In this document: positions 1 through 8,289 of the stretch, in pieces
Layout of the letters: each line of letters begins with the position of its first letter
Numbering within the stretch: position 1 is the first letter of the stretch
Assembly (NCBI GenBank): GCA_963665235.2
Contig: CAXXLX010000001.1
Location: 4,192,001-4,256,000 of the forward strand
DNA from: Candidatus Poribacteria bacterium
GTDB lineage: Bacteria > Poribacteria > WGA-4E > WGA-3G
Reading direction: 5' to 3'
DNA: 64,000 nucleotides
Notes under the pieces: generated by a model
Databases searched by the model: none
What the model was told of the DNA's origin: nothing
What the model saw: the letters and a program-made list of their open reading frames with translations, nothing else
Program-made: the position numbers and the translations under genes

Positions 1-1
1 C

Positions 2-742
2 CGAGATGTCGGCGAACATATCTGTCGTACCGCCGGATTGAAGCGGGTCACAATGGAACTCGGCTCAAATTCACCGCTCATCGTTATGCCCGATGCGGAC
101 CCCGAGAAGGTGGCACGCGCCGCCGCAGCCTCCGGATATTCCAACGCGGGACAGGTGTGTATCTCAACGCAGCGTGTTATCGCCCATGAAAAAATTTATG
201 GCGACTTCTTAGATGCGTTCCAAGCTGAAGTGAAACAGATCGGGATTGGCAATCCGCTGGAATCCGGGGTACGCATGGGCCCAATGATTCGTGACACGGA
301 TGCCACACGCGTCACCGAGTGGATTCAGGAGGCGGTAGCAGATGGTGCTGAGCTTCTCACAGGGGGTAAAAAACAGGACCAATTTGTGACCCCCGCTATC
401 CTCGCCAACGTCAGCCCGGAGATGAAAATCTCCTGTGATGAGGTGTTTGGACCGGCTGTCGGTGTAACGCGCGTCAACGACATTGATGAAGCAATCGCTC
501 TTGCAAACGATACGCACTACGGGTTGAGTGCCGCTATCTTTACACAGAACGTCGACTGGGCAATGCGGTTTGTCCGAGAGGTCGATTCTGGCAACCTAAT
601 GGTGAACTGGGGAACGCAGTGGCGCGCCGATCTGATGCCTTATGGCGGTGTAAAAGAGAGCGGTATGGGGAAAGAGGGCCCGAAATATGCCATTGAAGAG
701 ATGACTGAGCTGAAGATGGCAATCTTCCATTTGGATAGCTAG
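2..742 (+). CDS. Aldehyde dehydrogenase family protein (5' truncated by window edge)
   Basis: Frame open from position 2; MELGSNSP, catalytic Cys in AGQVCIS, EVFGP, YGLSAAIFT and PYGGVKESGMGKEG motifs. Confidence 0.95.
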   Translation, partial: RDVGEHICRTAGLKRVTMELGSNSPLIVMPDADPEKVARAAAASGYSNAGQVCISTQRVIAHEKIYGDFLDAFQAEVKQIGIGNPLESGVRMGPMIRDTDATRVTEWIQEAVADGAELLTGGKKQDQFVTPAILANVSPEMKISCDEVFGPAVGVTRVNDIDEAIALANDTHYGLSAAIFTQNVDWAMRFVREVDSGNLMVNWGTQWRADLMPYGGVKESGMGKEGPKYAIEEMTELKMAIFHLDS

Positions 743-751
743 CGTGTTGAA

Positions 752-934
752 TAACGTGAGTTTGATAAAAGTTTTCCCTAGTATGAGGAGCGGGCTGCTT
801 GCCCGAATACTGGTTAGTCCCGTAGGGACGATATCTTTATAGAAAGTCCGTTTCCGCCCCGGCTCTTAGTCCCGTAGGGACGATATCTTTATAGAGGTTA
901 GTGCAAGCGGACATTTATTATCAAGCTCGCGTTA
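752..934. mobile_element. MITE-like element with ~17-bp terminal inverted repeats and internal REP-like hairpins
   Basis: Left end TAACGTGAGTTTGATAA; right end TTATCAAGCTCGCGTTA (reverse complement TAACGCGAGCTTGATAA); two internal GTCCCGTAGGGACGATATCTTTATAGA copies; inverted homolog at 8047-8289. Confidence 0.7.
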
Positions 935-944
935 TGTTACATCT

Positions 945-986
945 GAATCTCGGATTATCGCGGATTACACGGATTTCGCGGATTTT
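945..986 (+). repeat. Dispersed short repeat (GAATC.CGGATT...CGGATTACACGGAT...GCGGATTTT family)
   Basis: Related copies at ~2095-2136 and ~36382-36420. Confidence 0.6.
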
Positions 987-1166
987 AAGAGGGGGGGGGC
1001 CGCCTATATAGAAAGGTATCGCAAGCAAAGCTTGCTCTTGAGGAGCGGGCTGCTAGTTGTCCGGAATACTGACACGACGGGCGATGAATCGCCCTACTAC
1101 AAACGCCCTTCGGTTAACTTGTCCGAAAACTTTACACACCCTACCCTCCTTGGATGGAATGAAGAT

Positions 1167-1565
1167 ATGTCTACCCCCAAAATCGAACCTTACACGAAAA
1201 CACTCAAAGAAACGATGCGCCGAAAGTCAGAGATTCTCTCGAAAGCCCAGGCGTTTTCGGAAGTCGGTATGACAGAAACAGCACAACCGCTTTGGCTATC
1301 TGCTGCTACTTATGAGGAGCATATTGCACCGATGCTCGATGCGTTGGGTCGGGAGTTAGAAGGCGCAATACATCGTATCAGTGCAGCATCATGTTATGAA
1401 AAGGCGGGGGAGCTCAGTCGAGCTGTGAACCTGTATCGTGCGGCACTTTCGGGTCCGTTACGCGATGATACGCGGCAAGAGGTTGAAAATATGCTCAGTG
1501 CTTGTCTTGTCGCATTGAATCACCAACCATTGGAAAACCGTTCTATACACCTATCGTCCCGCTGA
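1167..1565 (+). CDS. Hypothetical helical protein (132 aa)
   Basis: The ORF-track extension to 1032 runs through repeat DNA, so ATG 1167 is preferred; coding status supported by a homologous 3' fragment at 2247-2352 with only synonymous changes. Confidence 0.75.
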   Translation: MSTPKIEPYTKTLKETMRRKSEILSKAQAFSEVGMTETAQPLWLSAATYEEHIAPMLDALGRELEGAIHRISAASCYEKAGELSRAVNLYRAALSGPLRDDTRQEVENMLSACLVALNHQPLENRSIHLSSR

Positions 1566-1719
1566 GGCTAAGCTGTCGGTGTAACGCGCGTCAACGATAA
1601 AGTGTCAACAGTAGAGGAGCGGGTTGTTGGTTCTCCCAGTATTTGGACAAACGGTTCTCCGCTCCTCAGGCACTATCTGTGTCACGATATTGAATACCAT
1701 TACTTTGCAGGTAGAAAAT

Positions 1720-1950
1720 TTAGCCTGTCGCTACAAGTGCTTCCTGCGCTTTACGAGACAGTTCAATAGAAATGAAATAGGAGGCGGGATATAGGTAGTC
1801 CTCCTGAGATTCATCGACAATTCGCAGATAGCCTTCCTGCGCCGCGGCTTCATCAGACAGCACTTGGTAGAATTTTCGCTTCTCCAAGTCTCCACAACCC
1901 CTATTTTCGATGCAAAGCACAAATTGTGTTTCTAATAATTTCTTTTCCAT
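1720..1950 (-). CDS. Small conserved hypothetical protein (76 aa)
   Basis: ORF with LEKRKFY...GYLRIVDESQEDYLYP, resembling a widespread small hypothetical family. Confidence 0.7.
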   Translation of the reverse strand: MEKKLLETQFVLCIENRGCGDLEKRKFYQVLSDEAAAQEGYLRIVDESQEDYLYPASYFISIELSRKAQEALVATG

Positions 1951-2246
1951 AGTTTTTTGATTTTTCGTTTTTCTTCTACCAACGCCACTTTACACCCAAT
2001 TTAAACCAAAACCGCCTCTATTTTAACACACCTCCCACATTTTGTCAAAATGAAATTCGCGTAATTTGTGTGTTTTGGGGTGGGTGTGTTGTCTGAATCG
2101 CGGATTTACGCGGATTACACGGATGACGCGGATTTTAAAGATGTGTATGCCGATTTCTAGTATTCGGTCAAACAGGCCGCTCCTCAAAACCAAAGTCAAA
2201 ATCAGTATTCGGGGTGAAACCCCGCTCCTCAAACTAAATAACCCTG

Positions 2247-2355
2247 AGTCGAGCCGTGAACCTGTATCGTGCAGCACTTTCCGGGCCGTTACGTGATGAT
2301 ACGCGACAAGAAGTTGAAAATATGCTCAGTGCTTGTCTTGTCGCGTTGAATCGAT
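2247..2355 (+). pseudogene. 3' fragment homologous to the 1167-1565 gene
   Basis: 106-bp copy of 1416-1521 reading SRAVNLYRAALSGPLRDDTRQEVENMLSACLVALNR*. Confidence 0.85.
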
Positions 2356-2378
2356 AGGAAAATAAGCGATTCACTGAG

Positions 2379-3113
2379 TTACCTTCCGGTTAATTGTCTC
2401 CAGATGTCTCCATATTTATCCATGAATTCCAGATAAACTGGCAACTTTTTCAGCAGTTGAGCGTGATTAGGTTGCTCCGCATGGCAGCCAACGCAAAGGG
2501 CTTTTAGATCTTCGGGTTGGTTATGTTCAAGTCCTTCTACATGATGAGCGTGGAGGAATTTACGGTTGTGGCTGAGTCCTAAATCTATGCTACATTCTTC
2601 ACATTTCCATCCTGCTTCCTCACGACACTGGAACGAAAGCAATTTCCATTCCGGCGGGTAATTTGAGCCCGAACCAGTTCCTGAAGTAGTTCCAATGTCA
2701 GTTTGAAGTATAGCAATATGTTCCAGCCGTTTTTGCGGGTCCTTCAACGTATCCCGCGCTTGATTTAAAACAGTTCGCCACTGCTCCTCTGTCTTGCCAT
2801 CGGCACGGGGACGACCGCCCGCGATTAATGAAGCATTATATAGCTTTTTGTGCGCTGCCTTCACACGACTCACGATAATTGTGTCGTTTAAGTTTTGAAC
2901 ATCAGAGATTGAAAGTTCTAATACCTCAAAATAATTTACATGTCCCCCGACAATTATTCCCGATGCATTGAAAATGTCAGCTGCCTCATTAGGAGTGAGC
3001 CCGTGCTGCTGCACCCCTAGTCGGAGAATCTCTTTGCGTTGTTCAGCGGTAATTGTTTGAAGGGTAGTTTTGATCGTATTAAGACGTGTTCTGAATTCCT
3101 CACGTTTAGACAT
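2379..3113 (-). CDS. J-domain-like N-terminal region fused to C-terminal HNH endonuclease
   Basis: NYFEVLEL...LNQARDTLKDPQKR (J-like, no HPD); CEEC...LHAHHV...N...LKALCVGCH (zinc-binding HNH). Confidence 0.7.
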   Translation of the reverse strand: MSKREEFRTRLNTIKTTLQTITAEQRKEILRLGVQQHGLTPNEAADIFNASGIIVGGHVNYFEVLELSISDVQNLNDTIIVSRVKAAHKKLYNASLIAGGRPRADGKTEEQWRTVLNQARDTLKDPQKRLEHIAILQTDIGTTSGTGSGSNYPPEWKLLSFQCREEAGWKCEECSIDLGLSHNRKFLHAHHVEGLEHNQPEDLKALCVGCHAEQPNHAQLLKKLPVYLEFMDKYGDIWRQLTGR

Positions 3114-3170
3114 TATGTTAAACCTTTGTTCTTTAGCGGTGAGATTAGAACGTTCAAAATCAAAATTAAT

Positions 3171-3485
3171 TAACGTGAGCTTGATAATAAATCTACGTTG
3201 GTTTCCCTAACCTCTATAAACATATCATCCCTACAGACCTAAAAACGCCTGCTTCTATAAATATACCGTCCCTACGGGACTAAGAGGGAGGATGGTGCCT
3301 GCTTCTATAAACATACCGTCCTTGAGGAGCGGGCTGTTTGCCCGAATACTGGGACTAAAGAGGGGGTTATTGTTGGCCTTCTATAAACATACCGTCCCTA
3401 CGGGACTAAGAGGGAGGATGGCACTTGCTTCTATAAATATACCGTCCTTGAGGAGCGGGCTGTTTGCCCGAATACTGGGACTAAA
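3171..3485. repeat. MITE left end followed by a cluster of TATAAA(C/T)ATACCGTCCCTACGGGACTAA units
   Basis: Starts TAACGTGAGCTTGATAATAAAT like 8047; about 5 hairpin-unit copies; two GAGGAGCGGGCTGTTTGCCCGAATACTGGG modules; second TIR not evident. Confidence 0.7.
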
Positions 3486-3570
3486 GAAGGAATCAACCAA
3501 TCATAAAAACTAACAAAACGTTATATAATTGTGAAATAATATTGGACAAATAGTTATTTAGCACAACTCG

Positions 3571-4681
3571 TTAAAACCCATCCTTCACACACCGGAACCC
3601 CTCATTTGGATTAGTGGCTGTAGGTGCACGCCAGCTGCGCTTGGCTACCCGCAAACTTCGGGGTCCGTTGAGCCATGACCCACCACGAACCACACGATTT
3701 TCTTTGAGATTAAGGAAATTATTAACGAGTTCAGCGATGCTACTAACCCCCGCAACCGGGTTTTGAGCGTGGTGAATTCGCGTAGAAGGTGGCATCATAC
3801 ACATCGAGACACCACTCCCGCACGTTTCCCGCCATGTCATATAGGTCATAATCGTTTGATGGATAAGACCCAATAGGTGTAAGTCCTTTACCGGTACCGC
3901 TGAAATAGTTTGACTTGCTAGCGTCAATTAAATCGCCCCAGGGATATATCTTATTGATCAATCCGCCACGGGCAGCTTTTTCCCATTCCGCCTCTGTGGG
4001 CAACCGCTTTCCTGCCCACTTTGCATACGCCATCGCTGCATACCAGCTTACATAGACAACGGGACAGTTGCCTTTGTCGAACGGATAATCGTTTTCGTTC
4101 CAATGTGCTAAGTAGTAGCCATCATGATATGTGCGCGGAATCTGGTCTTTTCGCCACTGTGGATTGGCATCAACAAACGCCTTGTATTGCGCGTTCGTTA
4201 CCTCATACTGGTCGATATAAAAGGCTTTAAGGGTGACAGGGTGTTTCGGTTTTTCATCAGAGTTCCCGTCGTCGCTTCCCATCTGGAATTCGCCTATTGG
4301 AATGAATACCATACCCGCGGGCCCTAATTTAAAATCAAAAGGTATTTTAACCCTAACACTTACCGGTTTTCCATCCTTTGTAGCGGGATGAAAGGTAGAT
4401 TTCTTTAGTGCTTCGAGGGCTGCTTCCTCTAATCCGAATCCAAGTTTTGTGAGGACTACGATGTCTTGGGGTATACCTTTCACATCAATAGTTGCAAGCA
4501 GACAAACTATTCCTTCTTTTCCTGCTTGCTTGGCTTCCACTGGATAAATAGGTTTTACAGAGTTCTTATGCCGCGGTGGTGTTATGGGCGGGTCCGGCGG
4601 ACTAACGATGTCAGCACTTAAATAGCCTGGGATGAGAATCAGCAGACAGATAATTGGGGGGAGTTTTTTGATGATGTTCAT
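3571..4681 (-). CDS. Secreted TonB C-terminal domain + formylglycine-generating-enzyme (SUMF1/FGE-sulfatase) domain fusion, frameshifted near 3765
   Basis: Signal peptide; PIYPVEAKQAGKEG...FHPATKDGKPV (TonB_C); FQMGS, RLPTEAEWEKAARGG, DMAGNVREW; the C-terminal RGGSW...GFRC lies in the 3571-3927 frame. Confidence 0.8.
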
Positions 4682-4777
4682 ATCGGCTCCGTTGTCTCCT
4701 TATTGAGAGGCGCGCCCTCCTATAATAAAGTGAGCGCGCCTAACGGGTGCCTGCTGAAAAGTGTGCTGCACAGCGGT

Positions 4778-6853
4778 TTACGCTTCGTCCTCTTCTACCT
4801 TTGATTCAGCGACGATTTTCTGTGCCACATCTTCAGGGACAATCTCGTAGTTTGCAAATTCCATCGTGAAGGTGCCGCGTGCACTGGTCATTGACTTGAG
4901 GTCGATGGAATACCGTAGCATTTCTGCAAGCGGTACTGAGGCTTGAATCACCTGCCGTTTGCCTACCTGTTCGACTCCCATAACCTGCCCGCGTCGTCCA
5001 TTCAGGTCGCCGATGATATTTCCCATAAACTGATCGGGTACCGAAATAGAGACGTTCATAATCGGTTCGAGCAGGCATGGGTCGGCTTGTTCGGCGGCGG
5101 CGGTGAATGCAAGTGAGCCTGCGATTTGGAACGCCATATCCGAAGAGTCTACTTGGTGGTGTTTTCCATCGAAAAGGTCAATTTGAACATCGACTAGCGG
5201 GTATCCGGCTATCAATCCGCGTTCCATTCTTTGGCGGATGCCTTTTTCCACGGCTGGAATGTAGTTGCTGGGAATCACGCCGCCTTTGATATTGTCGATA
5301 AACTCAAATCCTTCACCGCGTTCTAGGGGGGCGAGGTTAATCGTGACATCTCCGAATTGTCCTTTACCGCCGGATTGTTTTTTGTATCTCTCCTGAACCT
5401 TTTCGACGCGGCGGCGTACTGTTTCCCGGTAGGGGACCTTCGGTACAGCGACTGCCGTTTCGACCCCGAACTTATCGGCTATCCGTTCCCGGTTGACAGT
5501 GATGTGAAGGTCGCCTAACCCGGAGACGACGAGTTGTTTCGTTTCCTCTCTCCGTTCGATTTTGAAAGTTGGGTCTTCTTCACTGATTCGACTCAGGGCG
5601 GTCATCAGTTTTTCATCGTCGCCTTCTCGCATTGGACTGATAGCGTAAGAGAGGACAGCGTTCGGGAATTCAATGCCTGCAAGTTGAATCGGTGCGTCTC
5701 TGTCACAGAGTGTATCGCCTGTTTGGGTTGCGGTAAGTTTCGTCAGTGCCCCGATATCTCCAGCACCTACACTGGTGGTGTTAATTGCCTGTTTGCCGTT
5801 CATGTAGGTCGGTTTTCCGATACGTTCTAACTGGTCCTGCGTGGTATTGCTTGCCTGTGAATCGCTTTCTAGTGCGCCGGAATAGACTCGGAAGAAGCTG
5901 AGCTGTCCTGCAAACGGATCGGCGATAGTTTTGAAGACGACAGCTGACATCGGTGCGTCTGCTGCGGGTTCACGGGTTGTGGATTCATCTGTGGCATCCT
6001 GCGCTGCCCCTACCTGCACAGGCGATGGGCAACAGGTGAGAACGGTATCCATCAGCTGCTGAACGCCGATGTTTTTCACTGCGGACCCACATAGTACTGG
6101 TGCAAATTGGTTGTTAATAATCCCGGTCTGCAGTCCCTCCTGGATTTCCTGTTCGGAGAGTTCTCCTTCAAAAAACTTCTCGATGAGTTCATCATCGCTT
6201 TCGGCAGCGATTTCGACCAGGGCTTCACTGGATTCTTCCGCGGTAGCAGCGAGGTCCGCGGGGACTTCTGCTTTCGCGCTGCGTTTGTTGCCATCCGGTT
6301 CAAGGAACGCTGCATTTTGAATTATATCAACGACTCCCGTAAACTGCTCCTCGCTTCCGATTGGCAGTTGCATTGGCACTGCCCGTGTCTCTAGCGTATC
6401 CTCGATGCTGGCGAGGGTGTTTTCAAAACTAGCGTTCTCCTTATCCATTTTATTGATAAAGATAATCCGTGGCAGTTCGTACTTATCCGCAATTTCCCAA
6501 ACCTTTTCCGTTCCGCCTTCTACGCCTGTTGTTGCGTCCACGACGACGACAACCGCGTCCACGACGCGAAGTACACTGTGGAGGTCGCCGTAAAAATCTT
6601 CTGCACCGGGGGTATCAATGAGATTCAGCTTATGTTCTTCCCATTCCGCGATACAGACTGAGCAATTGAGGGTTGTTTTGCGTTCTATCTCATCAGTGGC
6701 ATAATCAGCTACGGTAGTGCCTTCATCTACGGAGCCCATTCGTTCAATGGCCCCGCCGTTGTAGAGCATCGCTTCAATCAGGGAGGTTTTCCCGGCTCCC
6801 GAATGTGAAATAATTCCGATATTCCGAATTTGTTCTGTCCTATATTGTCTCAT
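4778..6853 (-). CDS. fusA: Elongation factor G paralog (EF-G2-like)
   Basis: SHSGAGKTS, DTPG, NKMD, GLGDLH, KKQSGGKGQF, DSSDMAF, LLEPIM; full five-domain length (691 aa). Confidence 0.92.
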   Translation of the reverse strand: MRQYRTEQIRNIGIISHSGAGKTSLIEAMLYNGGAIERMGSVDEGTTVADYATDEIERKTTLNCSVCIAEWEEHKLNLIDTPGAEDFYGDLHSVLRVVDAVVVVVDATTGVEGGTEKVWEIADKYELPRIIFINKMDKENASFENTLASIEDTLETRAVPMQLPIGSEEQFTGVVDIIQNAAFLEPDGNKRSAKAEVPADLAATAEESSEALVEIAAESDDELIEKFFEGELSEQEIQEGLQTGIINNQFAPVLCGSAVKNIGVQQLMDTVLTCCPSPVQVGAAQDATDESTTREPAADAPMSAVVFKTIADPFAGQLSFFRVYSGALESDSQASNTTQDQLERIGKPTYMNGKQAINTTSVGAGDIGALTKLTATQTGDTLCDRDAPIQLAGIEFPNAVLSYAISPMREGDDEKLMTALSRISEEDPTFKIERREETKQLVVSGLGDLHITVNRERIADKFGVETAVAVPKVPYRETVRRRVEKVQERYKKQSGGKGQFGDVTINLAPLERGEGFEFIDNIKGGVIPSNYIPAVEKGIRQRMERGLIAGYPLVDVQIDLFDGKHHQVDSSDMAFQIAGSLAFTAAAEQADPCLLEPIMNVSISVPDQFMGNIIGDLNGRRGQVMGVEQVGKRQVIQASVPLAEMLRYSIDLKSMTSARGTFTMEFANYEIVPEDVAQKIVAESKVEEDEA

Positions 6854-6883
6854 TTTTTAGAAATTTCTCCTTTTGTAACGAAC

Positions 6884-6905
6884 GGCACGGCGGAGCGTGC
6901 CTACT
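6884..6905 (-). repeat. GTAG-type REP palindrome
   Basis: Minus strand reads GTAGGCACGCTCCGCCGTGCCG. Confidence 0.5.
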
Positions 6906-6999
6906 CCCTATGGTAAAGATATATCATTCTATCACATGTTTAGAAAAAAGTCAAGAAAAATTCGCGAAGCAAGAATTAATTTCTCAATTTCGAAAGTAC

Positions 7000-7029
7000 T
7001 TGACATCTATAAACAAAAAATGCTATAAT
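7000..7029 (+). promoter_or_regulatory. Sigma70-type promoter
   Basis: TTGACA-18 bp-TATAAT with a TG extended -10. Confidence 0.7.
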
Positions 7030-7096
7030 TTTCTTATACTCAAAAACCTACCATTGGGGCGCGTGGATAAACTCACAAAAGGAAGAGGTAAAAATT

Positions 7097-7639
7097 ATGC
7101 TAGACTTCAATTTTGCATCCATCACCCTAATAGACATCGGTGTGCTTAGCATCAGTATTATCGGTTTATGGTGGTTAGCTAGGCGGTACAACGTGCTGCA
7201 GCAGGAACATAAAACCTTGCAGCAGGAACACAAAACCCTACGGCAAGCACATGAAACCTTGCAGCAGGCTTATGAGACCTTGCAGGAGAAATACAACGTC
7301 CTGCTACAAGCACATGAAACCTTGCAGCAGGAACATGAAACCCTACAGCAGGAATTCAGAGCTTTTCAAAGTGCAGCCGACCGCCGATACAGTGCCGCGC
7401 AGCTGGAATGGGAAGACCAATACAAAACCTTGCAGCTGGAATGGGAAGAACGATACAATCCGCTAAAAGAAGAGTATGACACCCTGAAGGCGGAAAGCGA
7501 AATTCTCAAAACCGGATTAGAGACGATAACACAGGAGCACAAGCTCCTCGAACGGACATGTGATACGATGGCTGGCAGATATCAGGAAATCAGCGATAAA
7601 TTCACGCTCATTCTCGAAACACTTGCTGCTAGAAACTAG
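7097..7639 (+). CDS. Membrane-anchored coiled-coil protein with 7-aa tandem repeats
   Basis: N-terminal TM helix; LQQEHKT/LQQAYET/LQQEHET heptads encoded by 21-bp repeats. Confidence 0.8.
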   Translation: MLDFNFASITLIDIGVLSISIIGLWWLARRYNVLQQEHKTLQQEHKTLRQAHETLQQAYETLQEKYNVLLQAHETLQQEHETLQQEFRAFQSAADRRYSAAQLEWEDQYKTLQLEWEERYNPLKEEYDTLKAESEILKTGLETITQEHKLLERTCDTMAGRYQEISDKFTLILETLAARN

Positions 7640-7653
7640 GAATGGGGACATAT

Positions 7654-8022
7654 ATGAAAACACTTTTCTTTGGCTTCGGTGCAGGTTTTAGTCTACTTGG
7701 CGTTGTGCTGGGTGCTTTTGGGGCACACACGCTTGAGAAGCATCTCACTAAGGAGAATCTAGACATCTTTGAGGTTGCCGTGCGATATCAGATGTACCAC
7801 GGGATAGGCTTAATCGTTGTGGCATGGGCCTCGGCACAATGGCAGGGTTCGCTGACAATGGCGGCAGGATGGTGTTTTATTGCTGGCATTCTCATTTTTT
7901 CAGGGAGCCTTTATACGCTTAGTCTCACTGGTATCCGTTGGCTAGGTGCAATAACCCCGATTGGGGGATTGGCTTTTATCGCTGGATGGGCCTGCTTGAT
8001 AATAACCGCTTTCCGAAAGTGA
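7654..8022 (+). CDS. DUF423 (YgdD/TMEM256) membrane protein
   Basis: GAFGAH, YQMYH, IFSGSLY, GAITPIGG motifs. Confidence 0.92.
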   Translation: MKTLFFGFGAGFSLLGVVLGAFGAHTLEKHLTKENLDIFEVAVRYQMYHGIGLIVVAWASAQWQGSLTMAAGWCFIAGILIFSGSLYTLSLTGIRWLGAITPIGGLAFIAGWACLIITAFRK

Positions 8023-8046
8023 ATTTGCAATCAACTTTATTAAAAT

Positions 8047-8289
8047 TACGTGAGTTTGATAATAAATGTTCGTTGGTTTCCCTAACCTCTATACAGATAT
8101 CGTCCCTACGGGACTAAGTTGGGATGGAGACGGTTTTCTATAAAGATATCGTCCCTACGGGACTAAGAGGTGGGCAGAAACCCAGGTGCCTATAAACATA
8201 TCGTCCTTAAGTAGCGGATTTTTCGCCCAGTATTCGGGCAACCAGCCCGCTCTCCATACTAGATGAAAGCTTTTTTCAAACTTACGTTA
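8047..8289. mobile_element. MITE-like element, inverted relative to 752-934; overlaps the pbpC stop codon
   Basis: Left TACGTGAGTTTGATAATAAATG; right TTTTTTCAAACTTACGTTA; internal GATATCGTCCCTACGGGACTAAG x2. Confidence 0.72.

Noticed and set aside
1416-2352. Diversity-generating retroelement TR/VR pair
   Set aside because: Differences are synonymous and not adenine-specific; no reverse transcriptase in the window
3292-3513. 73-aa ORF with internal repeat
   Set aside because: Lies entirely in REP/MITE DNA
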